Shown: positions 21,766 to 32,216 of the stretch, piece after piece
Position numbering within the stretch: the stretch's first letter is position 1
How the letters are laid out: each line of letters opens with the position of its first letter
NCBI GenBank assembly: GCA_050250855.1
Contig: JBFWNW010000002.1
Coordinates: 160,001 to 224,000 of the forward strand
Length of the DNA stretch: 64,000 nt
Direction of reading: 5' to 3'
Source of the DNA: Candidatus Babeliales bacterium
Lineage (GTDB): Bacteria > Babelota > Babeliae > Babelales > JACPOV01
The notes under the pieces: model-generated
What the model was told of the DNA's origin: nothing
Seen by the model: the letters and a program-made list of their open reading frames with translations, nothing else
Database searches by the model: none
Translations under genes and position numbers: made by a program

Positions 21766-23283
21766 TTATAATGCAATACCAACTTTACCCCACACAAGCC
21801 AGCGATTAAGAACAGTGTTTAATGCGCTAAATTCATAGGAGCCACCTACACTTGCAAAAACGGGAATACAAAGATCAGGCCATTGGTAGCCGCATGCGCC
21901 AAAAATTGTATGAGAAATTGCACACGGGTGTGCAGCAGAAAATAATCCTAAATCTTCTTCTCTAATGCGACTTTCATTGCTATACGGTGTGCCGGCTCCC
22001 GCATTATTATTACCAATATTACTGAGCCTATTGATTACATTTGCAACGAATACATTTCTTAAATCAGCAACAGCAGGTCCTTCTTGCCATGGATCTTTAA
22101 GTTGTAACTTTTCTGCTTGTCGAGCATAAAAATTATAACCAACTTCTATTTGTAGATCACAATGATCATAGCGCAGCATATTATTGAGGGTAAAAGCGAA
22201 CCCCGGATGCACTTTGAGTCTTTGCAGTAAAATTTGCGTTCCATTGATAACAGCACTGATGCCTTGACTTGCTGCTTCTTGATTAGCATACATGAGCATA
22301 TAACGGCTCCATGGACGATTTTTTAAATCAATCAAGCGAGTTTGTGTATTATTAAAAAGATAGCGCCCATGAGGGTGAGTTCTAAAAGAGAGCGAGCTGT
22401 TAGCATTAGACCAGAATTCAAGATCTATCATGCCACCCAGCATAATACCCCAATGTTTATTGTTACCAACAACAGGTTCAAACATAAATTCACCACGGGG
22501 TTTATTGCCTGTTGGCATAATGCCGCCAGTATAAACATCAAATTGCTTGTTTTTTGTATTAAGTATTTTATAACCAATTTTTAATTCAACATCAGCAACT
22601 CCTGCATGATTTTTTGCACCATCAATTTTACCCGCTTTAATATCAGTTTGTTCTGTGCCGCCTTTAAAAGCATCAACCATGTTAACTTTTGTTCCTTCTA
22701 GAGGAGTACCAGTTGTTAGAACACGATTTTCTTCTAGGCGCATATTGTTTTTTATCCAAAGGAAAGGGCAAGAAATTTCAAACCACCAATGTTTTTCGCA
22801 TGCATCACGTGGGTGTAAAAATTGGTTGTAGGTAAAACCAAAACCAGCAGCTTTTTGCTGTGGATTAAATGATAGTAAACTATTAAAAGTTCCGAATTGT
22901 ATATCACTTATAACATAATGAATATTAAAATGGACAGGATTAATATCACGATTAAAATTTTGTGGCAAACCCGCAATATTGGTTGTTTCAGAACTTACAA
23001 TTAAAGGTGTTACCGGTAGTGGGCTAAAAAAGAATCCTAAATCTTTTCCTTTTGTTGAAATACCACCAAAGGGCACAACTTGCATAGTGCCATTAAATCC
23101 ACATTTTCTTAAAAATACCTTATCATAAAAGAATGACTCTTTTTCAGGAGAAGCTGTTTGAAAGGGCGGGCGTACTGTAAAGAAGCTTTTATCAAATTCT
23201 GGCCACTCAGTGACTCGTCCTAAAAGTGCATTGGAGGTACAAAAAATAAAAAGAAAAATGAAAGATATTTTTTTTTGCTTCAT
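21766..23283 (-). CDS. Probable outer-membrane beta-barrel protein
   Basis: Signal peptide, GVAD...PTG motif, alternating beta-strand pattern, terminal WGKVGIAL; related to 29512..30789. Confidence 0.55.
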   Translation of the reverse strand: MKQKKISFIFLFIFCTSNALLGRVTEWPEFDKSFFTVRPPFQTASPEKESFFYDKVFLRKCGFNGTMQVVPFGGISTKGKDLGFFFSPLPVTPLIVSSETTNIAGLPQNFNRDINPVHFNIHYVISDIQFGTFNSLLSFNPQQKAAGFGFTYNQFLHPRDACEKHWWFEISCPFLWIKNNMRLEENRVLTTGTPLEGTKVNMVDAFKGGTEQTDIKAGKIDGAKNHAGVADVELKIGYKILNTKNKQFDVYTGGIMPTGNKPRGEFMFEPVVGNNKHWGIMLGGMIDLEFWSNANSSLSFRTHPHGRYLFNNTQTRLIDLKNRPWSRYMLMYANQEAASQGISAVINGTQILLQRLKVHPGFAFTLNNMLRYDHCDLQIEVGYNFYARQAEKLQLKDPWQEGPAVADLRNVFVANVINRLSNIGNNNAGAGTPYSNESRIREEDLGLFSAAHPCAISHTIFGACGYQWPDLCIPVFASVGGSYEFSALNTVLNRWLVWGKVGIAL

Positions 23284-23379
23284 GAGGCATCCTTTTTAAA
23301 AAATGGAAGAAAGACACATAGATTCTATAATTATTTTTTTGGTAAGGCAATTCAAAAAAAATAACACAAAATACTATTC

Positions 23380-23985
23380 TTAAAAAAAGCGAAACGTTAG
23401 TTTCTTATCAAGCCAAAGGTGTGAAAGGGCACCAGCAATAAAAAATAATGCATCGTAGAAAAAAAGTGTGCTGCATGAAGGATATAATTGCGCAAAGCCG
23501 TACCATGCACCAAGAGGAAATGCAATTACAAACCAGGTATTATGAAAAATGCCGCGATGATTGGAAAGGAGTGGGATTATTGATGTTAAGCTGATAGCAG
23601 CAACAGCATAGAGTTTTTTTTTGCCAATGAGCGCTACTAAAGTAATAAAAACTATGGAATACCAGTATTTTTGAGACGTACTTTTTATATCAATGTCAGG
23701 AAACATTGCTCCTGCTAAAGTAAATAAAAGCCATTCAAAGCAGATTAGTAAAAAAGGCCATATGCACGACATAATAAAAGTAACGCTGGCAATAAAGAGC
23801 GGAAAATAATAATGGATAGTATATTCAATGGCCTCTAAGTATGAAGGGATGTGCTGTAACAACGTATGTTTATTGAGTGTAATAAATGAGCTGTTTTGTA
23901 GAAAATATTTATGAACTACACTTATAGTAAGCGCTATACAATATGCTATACAACCACCACCTATATGTTTTTTGTAATTTGCCAT
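23380..23985 (-). CDS. YdjM-like membrane-bound metal-dependent hydrolase
   Basis: PDID, HRGIFH, SHLWLD motifs with TM segments. Confidence 0.8.
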   Translation of the reverse strand: MANYKKHIGGGCIAYCIALTISVVHKYFLQNSSFITLNKHTLLQHIPSYLEAIEYTIHYYFPLFIASVTFIMSCIWPFLLICFEWLLFTLAGAMFPDIDIKSTSQKYWYSIVFITLVALIGKKKLYAVAAISLTSIIPLLSNHRGIFHNTWFVIAFPLGAWYGFAQLYPSCSTLFFYDALFFIAGALSHLWLDKKLTFRFF

Positions 23986-24084
23986 TCTCTTTCCTTATTT
24001 ATGCTTCTTTACTCTCATTATTCAAAAAAACTCTTGAATAATTATTACATTTTTTCCCTATAATGAAAGAAAAAAGGTTGTGTT

Positions 24085-24381
24085 ATGAAAAAATATATAG
24101 TTCTATTCGGCTTTACGTTTTTACTACAGGGTTTTCAGCCACCAGTAAAAAAAATTCGACCTATTGTGATTGAGCTTGAAGAAGCGCGGCAACGTGTTCA
24201 TGAAGCAGTGAGTGATTTAGATGCTTTTGAAGAAACACTTAAAAAAAATGGCACACAAAATACAGCCGCAGCACAAACTATTCTTATGAGAAAAAGAAGA
24301 GTTGTGCGCAATGCTCAAAATAGTTTAAATAGGATTCAGCAAAAAGCTATGAGTCTTAAGAATCCACCTGATGAGGTGTAG
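24085..24381 (+). CDS. Small secreted helical hypothetical protein
   Basis: MKK + hydrophobic N-terminus; coiled-coil character. Confidence 0.5.
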   Translation: MKKYIVLFGFTFLLQGFQPPVKKIRPIVIELEEARQRVHEAVSDLDAFEETLKKNGTQNTAAAQTILMRKRRVVRNAQNSLNRIQQKAMSLKNPPDEV

Positions 24382-24401
24382 TAAGGGAACTTAAAGATAT
24401 T

Positions 24402-24478
<77 letters not shown>

Positions 24479-24592
24479 TCGACTTTTTAAGTATTCTTAT
24501 GGTAACGGCTTTATTTCATTTGTCAACATTAATTTGCGCTAAATATCGCCAAAAAAGGGCTTAGGCAAAAATTTATGCCTTGTTGATTAAAT

Positions 24593-24994
24593 TTATACCT
24601 GTAAAGCTCTTTTTTCTAGGATTACAAACGCAGTGGCAGTAGTTTTTGTGTGAGTTAAGGAGATAAAGGTGGTGAGGTCATTGCCGGCAGGGTAAAAAAG
24701 GTCCCAGGCAATACACAGTTTATTGTGCCCATTTTTTTGCTTACAAAGAGCACTATGTTTTATAACAGAGACCAAGGGAAGTTCCTGTTCAGGGAAGCTT
24801 GCGCAAAATGCTTTATAAAATGCTTCTTTTGCCGCAAAACGAACAGCAAAGCGCTCAGCGCTTTTTATGGGATTTTCAAGACAATAAGCAATCTCTTCAG
24901 GGCTAAAAATTTTCAGAAGTGATTTCTCTTCAAAGCTGTGCCATTGAGCAAATTTTTCAATATCAACTGAATCAATACCTATTCCTGTTATCAT
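24593..24994 (-). CDS. acpS: Holo-ACP synthase
   Basis: GIGIDSV, RFAAKEAFYKA, ISLTH. Confidence 0.9.
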   Translation of the reverse strand: MITGIGIDSVDIEKFAQWHSFEEKSLLKIFSPEEIAYCLENPIKSAERFAVRFAAKEAFYKAFCASFPEQELPLVSVIKHSALCKQKNGHNKLCIAWDLFYPAGNDLTTFISLTHTKTTATAFVILEKRALQV

Positions 24995-24995
24995 A

Positions 24996-26543
24996 TTATC
25001 GTTGTTTCATTTTTTCTAAATTTTGATCTAACGAGCGATAAAAAATTGCTTCACGAATATGGTGCGCCTCAATGACATCTTGATTTTCAAGATCGGCAAT
25101 AGTACGAGCAACTTTTAAAATTTTATGATACCCGCGCATGCTTAAATTAAGTTTATCAAATGCTGTTTTAATAAGAGTTTCTGCCTGGCTTGTCAGTTGG
25201 CAATGATTCTCAATCATATCTGGGCTCATAGAACTGTTCCATGTATTTTTACCATTAAAGCGTATTGCTTGTTTTTCAAGAGCTATGGAAACCTGTTTAT
25301 ATAAATCGGTAGAACTTACTGAATGTTCTTGCGTATTTTTAAGCGTATCATATTCAACTGAAGGAACATGAATTTGTAAATCAATACGATCAAGCATAGG
25401 GCCTGAAAGTTTTTCTAAATATTTTTCAATAGATTGTTTTGAGCAGTTGCAAGGTTTTTTAGCATCACCTAAAAAGCCACAAGGACATGGATTAAGTGCT
25501 GCAATGAGTAAAAAATTTGCAGGGAAATGCACCGAATGAGTTGCGCGAGAAATGCAGACTGTTTTATTTTCTAGTGGCTGACGCAGTACTTCAAGCGTTG
25601 TTCGTTTAAATTCGGTTAATTCATCCAAAAATAAAATACCATTGTGCGTTAAACTAATTTCTCCGGGTTGTGGAAATGAGCCGCCGCCAACAAGCCCAGC
25701 TTGCGATATGGTGTGGTGAGGATTTCTAAATGGCCGTTGCGTAATCAATGGCTGGTTGCCAAGTTTACCGCTAACAGAGTAAATTTTACTTGTTTGCAAT
25801 GTTTCATCAAAATTCATGGGCGGCATAATAGTAGGCAAGCGTTTTGCAAGCATAGTTTTACCAGAGCCGGGCGGCCCGATAAAAAGAATATTATGTCTTC
25901 CTGCTGCCGCAATTGAAAGAGCACGTTTTGCTTGGTGTTGTCCTTTTACTTGATTAAAATCTAAAGAAGGAGTTTCTTGCAACTTCAGATAGTGAGCAAA
26001 AGAATGTTTAGTCGGTTCTATGGTTTTTTCATCACGCAGATAAGCAATCAGTTCTACTAAATGTTGAGCGCCAATAACTTCAATATTTTCTATAAGTGCC
26101 GCTTCTTGCGCATTCTGTTGCGGTACAATAATACGCTTTTTATGAAGCCTTTGTGCATCATACGCAATAGGCAATGCCCCTTTAATGCTTCTGATAGAAC
26201 CATCAAGAGAAAGTTCGCCAAGGAATAATGTTTCTTGTAAAAAATCTTGAGAAAGTTGTAGATAGTTAGCGGCTTGCAAAATGCCAATGGCAATAGGTAG
26301 GTCAAAGAGCGTTCCTTCTTTTTTTAAATCAGCTGGCGCTAAATTGACAGTAATTTTTTTTTCTGGAAAATTAAAGCCACTATTTTTAAGAGCGGTTGAA
26401 ATACGCTGTTTACTTTCTTTAATGGCGGTATCAGGGAGTCCAACAATATGAAACTGTATCATGCCAAAAGAAAGATCAACTTCGACATGGACAAGGTGAG
26501 CATCTACCCCTATAGTAGTAGCAGAAAAAATTTTAGTATGCAT
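24996..26543 (-). CDS. comM: YifB/ComM Mg-chelatase-like AAA+ ATPase
   Basis: VGLPD..IKES, NLAPADLKKEG, GPPGSGKTML, PGEISL.HNGILFLDE, NPCPCG, KVARTIADL. Confidence 0.92.
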   Translation of the reverse strand: MHTKIFSATTIGVDAHLVHVEVDLSFGMIQFHIVGLPDTAIKESKQRISTALKNSGFNFPEKKITVNLAPADLKKEGTLFDLPIAIGILQAANYLQLSQDFLQETLFLGELSLDGSIRSIKGALPIAYDAQRLHKKRIIVPQQNAQEAALIENIEVIGAQHLVELIAYLRDEKTIEPTKHSFAHYLKLQETPSLDFNQVKGQHQAKRALSIAAAGRHNILFIGPPGSGKTMLAKRLPTIMPPMNFDETLQTSKIYSVSGKLGNQPLITQRPFRNPHHTISQAGLVGGGSFPQPGEISLTHNGILFLDELTEFKRTTLEVLRQPLENKTVCISRATHSVHFPANFLLIAALNPCPCGFLGDAKKPCNCSKQSIEKYLEKLSGPMLDRIDLQIHVPSVEYDTLKNTQEHSVSSTDLYKQVSIALEKQAIRFNGKNTWNSSMSPDMIENHCQLTSQAETLIKTAFDKLNLSMRGYHKILKVARTIADLENQDVIEAHHIREAIFYRSLDQNLEKMKQR

Positions 26544-26740
26544 AGATAGTGCGCATTATTTTAAAATTAAAAAATACTTATAATGCTTCATTATAGCACA
26601 TATTTTTCATATGGAAAAGTGGATTGGTTCGTTTTTATGATATTCCTAAAAAGTTACAAAAGAAAATGTGCTTCTTTTTAAAAATAAGGTACAATAAAAG
26701 GCTACTAGTCATAGAAAATCATTCTATTATGGATACATGT

Positions 26741-29488
26741 ATGAAAAAAATATTCTATAGCGCTGTATGGTTGATAGTTTTTTGTGGTTTTTATAGTGAT
26801 ATGCACTCTTCAGGGGTGCTCTTGCCAGATAGTTTGCGTGTGGGGCATTGTGCCTTTACATCGCCAGTTACTTCTTTTATAGGGGCAGGAAAACCAGGAG
26901 CAGGGGCTTATACGCTTTCACGCTTTGATAGCAGAATACTCACGCCATTAGCACAAGAAAAAGTTACGCTTAATCAGGTGGAAGATCAGCAGAACCCCTT
27001 TTATGATGAAGCTATTATTCATTTAAAAGCTTTTTATACCAATCCTCTTTTAGTTTATGCAAACAAGCCCCACGATATTTATTATGTGACCAATTTTGCA
27101 ACGGATAAAAATCCTATGGGCGTTATGGCAGCATGTAATATTGCTGATGCGCAAGGAAACACTACCGCGGGCATAGCAGCGCTTACGGTTTATCAAACTG
27201 TTCAAGAAAAAGATATTGAAAATCGCAATAGCTATATTATTGCAGCGGTAAAAAGTGCTGAAGGTTCTATGGCACAACCTGGAGCTGGCCTTGCTCTTTT
27301 AAAATTTCATGCAGGAAAACTTAATTGCTTTGATGCGGTAACTGGTACAGCCGATGGTAATAAAGCATTTCCTTTTGACATAGATCCCGCAGCACAAGAA
27401 TTGGTTCAGATTAATGGTGGTCTTGATTCAATAGGAGACGTCGTTGATTTTTGCTGGGATGATAATTTTGAACGTTTTTATGTAGCATTACAGATAAAAA
27501 CAAAAGATGATGCAGCTTCGCACCAAGGAGCATGCGCGCTTCTTGTTGGCCGCGTTTGGGAAGATAAGATTTATCTAGATCCTATTGTGCCAGGAACTGT
27601 ATTTTCAGCTGATAAAAATAATATCGTTGGTGCTGTTGGGCAAGGACGTTATGTTTCTCTGCATAAACTAACAACAATGCACACTTCATGTGGATTGCCT
27701 TATTTGGTTGTTGTGGGTGGCAATGGAAAACCGGAAGAAACAGCATCTTCTGTCTATGCATTTCCCTTAACAAATCGTGTTGATAAAAATTTTGGTATGA
27801 GATCTCGCTTTCAAGATGCAGCGCATGGCGCTCTGGCAAAAAGAAAAAGTGCAGCCCGTGCCCTCTTTTTACCAGGAAGGTTTGGCCGTTTTAAAGGTCG
27901 CGTCATTGATGAACAAGCAACGAAACAAGAAGATTTTTATAGTGCTGATCAAAAAGAGGTTATAGTCGGTGGCGGTGCTTTATTACCAAATAAAATCACT
28001 CATGTTATGGCCGTCAGAGATTGTGTGATAGTAATGGTGCAAGAAGATGGCAATGGCCAAGAAGCTGGTGTTTTTTCTTCACAAGCACTTTATGATGAAC
28101 ATGGTTTTATTGCTGCATGGTCGCCATGGAAACGCATCTCTGGTTCATCATCACATCCTTTAGATTTTATAATAGAGCCTCATCGCTTTGTTGTTAATAT
28201 AATAGAATCAGAAAATTCTGTACTATCTTTAAAATCTGCTGATTGGCGCTATACGCCATCGATGGAACTTATTAATAAAGAAGAACTTTTACTCCATGAA
28301 CTTTTGCAAAAAGAGTTTCCACCAGAGGTAGGTGGTATTCAAGGATTATTTGATTTTGATACAGTAACACGTGGTGTTTCTGGTCAGCAAAAAAGTTCTT
28401 GTATGATTGCAACCGGCAATAATAAAGTAGTTTGGGTGCAAACAAGTACAGAAGGTGCTGATGGCATAGTGCATGCCTACAAAAAGTTCTCATCTCTTGC
28501 GCATGCAACGAATGCTTCTTTAGAGCATGATTTTCCTGAAACTATGCAGGCTATTTCATTTTCTGGTGGTGCGCTCCAAGAATTAGGGCCTATAACTTCA
28601 GCATGTTTTGTGCATACTCAAAATCAAACTTATCTATTAGTGGGGGGCGTAGATGGATTGGCTCTTCTTACTGATGCGTATGGTAATGGTTGGTCAACGC
28701 ATGAAGGCTTAGGTAAAAGTTTTAGTAATTTACCGCATGCTCTTTCCTTTAAGAAAATTGGTGATTATCAATTTGTTCAAAAATTAATTTTTTATAACGG
28801 TCATCTTTATATTTTAACTGATAGCCGTCTTGATTGTGTTCCATGGACTACTGATGTGGCAGCAGGAACTGCTTGGCCAGCAAGAACATTACTATCACAC
28901 AAAGAATTACAAGCTACCTTCAAAGATGTTCTTATTTCTCATGCATGTATTATGCTTGCAACAGGAAAAGGATTATTTGTTGGTGCTGAGGATATAGCAG
29001 AAAATCCTGGTGCTTTAAGGTGGCACACAATTGCCTTGCCTGGATCATCAGTAGCAGCTCTAAAACTGTATGCTGTTACCCATTCAGGAGAGCAAGCAGA
29101 TTTTATTAATGAAGGGCAAATTTTTGTTTTACTTGGCTCTGTCTCTCAGGCAGAAGCAGAACTGTATCGCCTATCAATTAGCAATGGCAAAATTTCTTTA
29201 GTAGAAGATTTTGATTTTAAAGGAGACATTGCTCGTTTCATTTCCTTTGGTGGTTTTCGTGACAACTTTGCCACAGATGGTTTGGTATTTATAAGTACTC
29301 GTTCTGCTGGTAGTCCTATGGCACATGTATTGCCTACCTTTGTTGCGGGAAAACTTGTTGCTTCTTCAAAAGGATATATAGTGCCTATTGATGCACCTCG
29401 TATTTTTGATATTCGTCAAATTGCCAGAAATTCAGCAACGGGTAGTTGGCTAGTAGGGGGCGATTTTGGCGTATGCATGCATGAATAA
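26741..29488 (+). CDS. Large secreted beta-rich (propeller-like) protein
   Basis: Signal peptide from MKKIF (26741); repeated short beta-strand/GG motifs; no recognised catalytic motif. Confidence 0.6.
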   Translation: MKKIFYSAVWLIVFCGFYSDMHSSGVLLPDSLRVGHCAFTSPVTSFIGAGKPGAGAYTLSRFDSRILTPLAQEKVTLNQVEDQQNPFYDEAIIHLKAFYTNPLLVYANKPHDIYYVTNFATDKNPMGVMAACNIADAQGNTTAGIAALTVYQTVQEKDIENRNSYIIAAVKSAEGSMAQPGAGLALLKFHAGKLNCFDAVTGTADGNKAFPFDIDPAAQELVQINGGLDSIGDVVDFCWDDNFERFYVALQIKTKDDAASHQGACALLVGRVWEDKIYLDPIVPGTVFSADKNNIVGAVGQGRYVSLHKLTTMHTSCGLPYLVVVGGNGKPEETASSVYAFPLTNRVDKNFGMRSRFQDAAHGALAKRKSAARALFLPGRFGRFKGRVIDEQATKQEDFYSADQKEVIVGGGALLPNKITHVMAVRDCVIVMVQEDGNGQEAGVFSSQALYDEHGFIAAWSPWKRISGSSSHPLDFIIEPHRFVVNIIESENSVLSLKSADWRYTPSMELINKEELLLHELLQKEFPPEVGGIQGLFDFDTVTRGVSGQQKSSCMIATGNNKVVWVQTSTEGADGIVHAYKKFSSLAHATNASLEHDFPETMQAISFSGGALQELGPITSACFVHTQNQTYLLVGGVDGLALLTDAYGNGWSTHEGLGKSFSNLPHALSFKKIGDYQFVQKLIFYNGHLYILTDSRLDCVPWTTDVAAGTAWPARTLLSHKELQATFKDVLISHACIMLATGKGLFVGAEDIAENPGALRWHTIALPGSSVAALKLYAVTHSGEQADFINEGQIFVLLGSVSQAEAELYRLSISNGKISLVEDFDFKGDIARFISFGGFRDNFATDGLVFISTRSAGSPMAHVLPTFVAGKLVASSKGYIVPIDAPRIFDIRQIARNSATGSWLVGGDFGVCMHE

Positions 29489-29511
29489 GATTTGAAAAAG
29501 GATTAACAACA

Positions 29512-30789
29512 ATGGTATTGAGAGAAAAGCGTTCTGTTTCTTTATTTGGTTTACTTCTTTGTGTAGTACAACAAAGTTTTGCTTTTTTTCCTATTAATAT
29601 ATTTAGGCCATGGGATATTAATTTACGACCACCTCGCTGGCATGATACAAAATTACAGGCAACTTTGTGGTCGGAAAATAGTTTGCAGGCACACGGTTAC
29701 AATGCAGATGGTAATCAAGTTAATGTTATGCAACTATGGTCTCGAACGCAAGATGCCTTAGCGATGTTGAAAGGTTTTGGGCCTTCAAGTCAAATAACGC
29801 AATTTTTAGAAAATGATTTAATGAGCCCAACTGATAATGGCGTACGTGGTCACGTTGCGTATACAGGAAAATTTAAAGCAAAAGGATATGGTTTAAATTT
29901 TCGTTATCATGCACCGCATAATATTACGCTTGGCTTTTATTTCCCTATTTATGATATGAGTTTGAAAAAAGTACAGTATGTTGATCAAACAGCTTTGTAT
30001 GATGTTCCTATGAGCCAAGAAAATCTTAAAGTACGTCAATTACTGACAAGTCGCTTGCAACAAGTGGTAAATATGTTTGATCCAAAACTAAATCTTGGTG
30101 ATTGGTCACGAGCAGGATTTGGTGATGTTACTTTTATGGCAGAGTGGTGGCGATTATTCAAACAAGGTCGCCCTATTTTAAAAACTGTTTCTCTGCAGGC
30201 GCGTGGTGGCATGATTTTTCCAAGCGGTGTTCGTGTTAATGATAATGATATTTTGTCCATTCCATTCGGTTGTGATGGTTCAGTTGGGATGATTTTTGGT
30301 GGCGGTATTAATTTAAATTGGTTTAGTGTTTTCCATGGCGGGATTGATGTAGAATTTTTACAATTTTTTGGTAATACCCGTAATCGTCGTATAAAAATTC
30401 AGCAAGAGCAAACAGACTTTTTATTGCTAGCAAAAGCGAAAGCACATAAAGATTTTGGCTTTATTCAACGTTTTAATTTATACCTTGAAGCATATCAAGT
30501 GTGGCATGGTCTTTCTGCGCGTGCAACGTATCAGTTCTGGAAAGAGTCTGATAGTAAATTAACCTTATGCACTAATGAATTTTCAAATGATATAGCAAAT
30601 ACTGCTGAAAGTTTGCAAGAATGGACAATGCACCAAGCTATTTTCCAGATAAGCTACGATTTTCAAACAGATGTTTCTGATCGCTCTCATTTTAAGCCGC
30701 AAATTTCATTGTTTTATAAATTCCCTTTCAATGGCCAACGTGCAATACTTCTAAATACGGTAGGGGCAATGTTGAGCTTAAGTTTTTAA
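29512..30789 (+). CDS. Probable outer-membrane beta-barrel protein
   Basis: Signal peptide, GFGD...FPSG motif, amphipathic strands, terminal Phe (LSLSF). Confidence 0.6.
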   Translation: MVLREKRSVSLFGLLLCVVQQSFAFFPINIFRPWDINLRPPRWHDTKLQATLWSENSLQAHGYNADGNQVNVMQLWSRTQDALAMLKGFGPSSQITQFLENDLMSPTDNGVRGHVAYTGKFKAKGYGLNFRYHAPHNITLGFYFPIYDMSLKKVQYVDQTALYDVPMSQENLKVRQLLTSRLQQVVNMFDPKLNLGDWSRAGFGDVTFMAEWWRLFKQGRPILKTVSLQARGGMIFPSGVRVNDNDILSIPFGCDGSVGMIFGGGINLNWFSVFHGGIDVEFLQFFGNTRNRRIKIQQEQTDFLLLAKAKAHKDFGFIQRFNLYLEAYQVWHGLSARATYQFWKESDSKLTLCTNEFSNDIANTAESLQEWTMHQAIFQISYDFQTDVSDRSHFKPQISLFYKFPFNGQRAILLNTVGAMLSLSF

Positions 30790-31010
30790 TTGGGAGCACT
30801 ATTTCTTTTTTTTTGTTGAGGACATTGGATTTCTTTAGGATGAGGCATTGGACAGCAGTGAAATGAATGTATTTTATATACTTTTTGTTTAGTTTGTTGC
30901 TGTATATCTGCATCAGAGGGCTTAGAAGGTTTGCTTTGGGTTTGACTACAATCAATTTCTCTATGCACAAAGAGCATGGCAATCAAAGAGAGTATCTGAT
31001 AAAAATTCAT
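30786..31010 (-). CDS. Small hypothetical protein, possibly secreted
   Basis: SD-like AAGGG, hydrophobic N-terminus; 74 aa. Confidence 0.35.
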   Translation of the reverse strand: MNFYQILSLIAMLFVHREIDCSQTQSKPSKPSDADIQQQTKQKVYKIHSFHCCPMPHPKEIQCPQQKKRNSAPN

Positions 31011-31087
31011 GAAATAACCCTTTATTTGTTAATTATTTTTATCACTATAATAAAGGATTATTTTGAATTGTAAAAATATTAATTGAG

Positions 31088-32104
31088 CTATATTTTTGGC
31101 AGAAGATCAGTAACAATGCCACGATTTTTCGCAAGTATTTTTGCTTCCGTCTCTTCAAGTGCACGGCGCAATCTATCAACCTTGGACTCAATAAACTCTT
31201 CTGATTCTTCAAGAGTAAGCATTAAAAGTTTACCATGATGAATATCATCACGAATATTTTGAATAAGATCTAGGGGGAGCTCAGATCCTGTCAAATCAAG
31301 AAAGTGAACAAATCTACTGATTAATGATTGAAAAAGATCATCAAGTTCATCTTGATTAACCAAGGAGCAATTATGAAGTTCTTCAAGTCTTTTGCCTATG
31401 CTTTTTACACTTGTCCAAACCTCTTCTTGGTCAAGAGGACTCCAAATAACTTTGTTAAGAGTTATATCTAAAAAGCGAATAATATTTTGACGTAATTGTT
31501 CTTGATTAACGTGCGTTTGTGTGAAAGAGCTTTTATTAAGCTCTTGAATAATAGTGCTAGCAGCTTCATCAAGAAAGGCATCAGGATCTTGCTTAAAGTA
31601 AGCAAAATTAGAAAGAAACATAGTGTAAAGGGTGCGCTTAATACTATTTTTTGCTTCAGTAAAAAGAGATGATGGTTTTTTTACAAAATAGCTATCAAGA
31701 ATTTTAGGAAGTTTATCAAGAAGGTTGCAGTAAGCATCTGGGCTTACATAATTACAATGTTTTACTTTATTGCAAAAAAGACGAAACGTCGATTGCATGT
31801 AAGCCATATCTTGGTTGCTATCAAGCCCAAATTCTAAAAATTCTACGAGATGACAAAAATTATGAGGCAAAAATTCTTCAGCATATTCTTGGCGAGAAAA
31901 GACATGCCTAAAAAAGCAGCGTATACCAGACCGCGTAAATTTAAGCGGCTGACAAAAACTACTCAAAAGTTTATCATTATGTGAAAATGATTCTGATGGA
32001 ATAGTTGTCAATTCATAATGAGCTGTATTATTTTCAGTCTTTACATTATGAGCAAAAAGAGTCATCATCAAAAGAAGCAACCACAGATGAATTGTTGCTT
32101 TCAT
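31088..32104 (-). CDS. Hypothetical helical protein with signal peptide, divergent from gspF
   Basis: SD AGGAG, 338-aa ORF, N-terminal hydrophobic segment. Confidence 0.7.
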   Translation of the reverse strand: MKATIHLWLLLLMMTLFAHNVKTENNTAHYELTTIPSESFSHNDKLLSSFCQPLKFTRSGIRCFFRHVFSRQEYAEEFLPHNFCHLVEFLEFGLDSNQDMAYMQSTFRLFCNKVKHCNYVSPDAYCNLLDKLPKILDSYFVKKPSSLFTEAKNSIKRTLYTMFLSNFAYFKQDPDAFLDEAASTIIQELNKSSFTQTHVNQEQLRQNIIRFLDITLNKVIWSPLDQEEVWTSVKSIGKRLEELHNCSLVNQDELDDLFQSLISRFVHFLDLTGSELPLDLIQNIRDDIHHGKLLMLTLEESEEFIESKVDRLRRALEETEAKILAKNRGIVTDLLPKI

Positions 32105-32216
32105 AAGATACTCCTTGTAATATAGGATATTAAGTACTTTTAAAATTTATTCTATCAAGAAAATTGGAATGTGCAACCATTAAAATTTTTAACCTTGATA
32201 CTTAGTAAGGATGTAG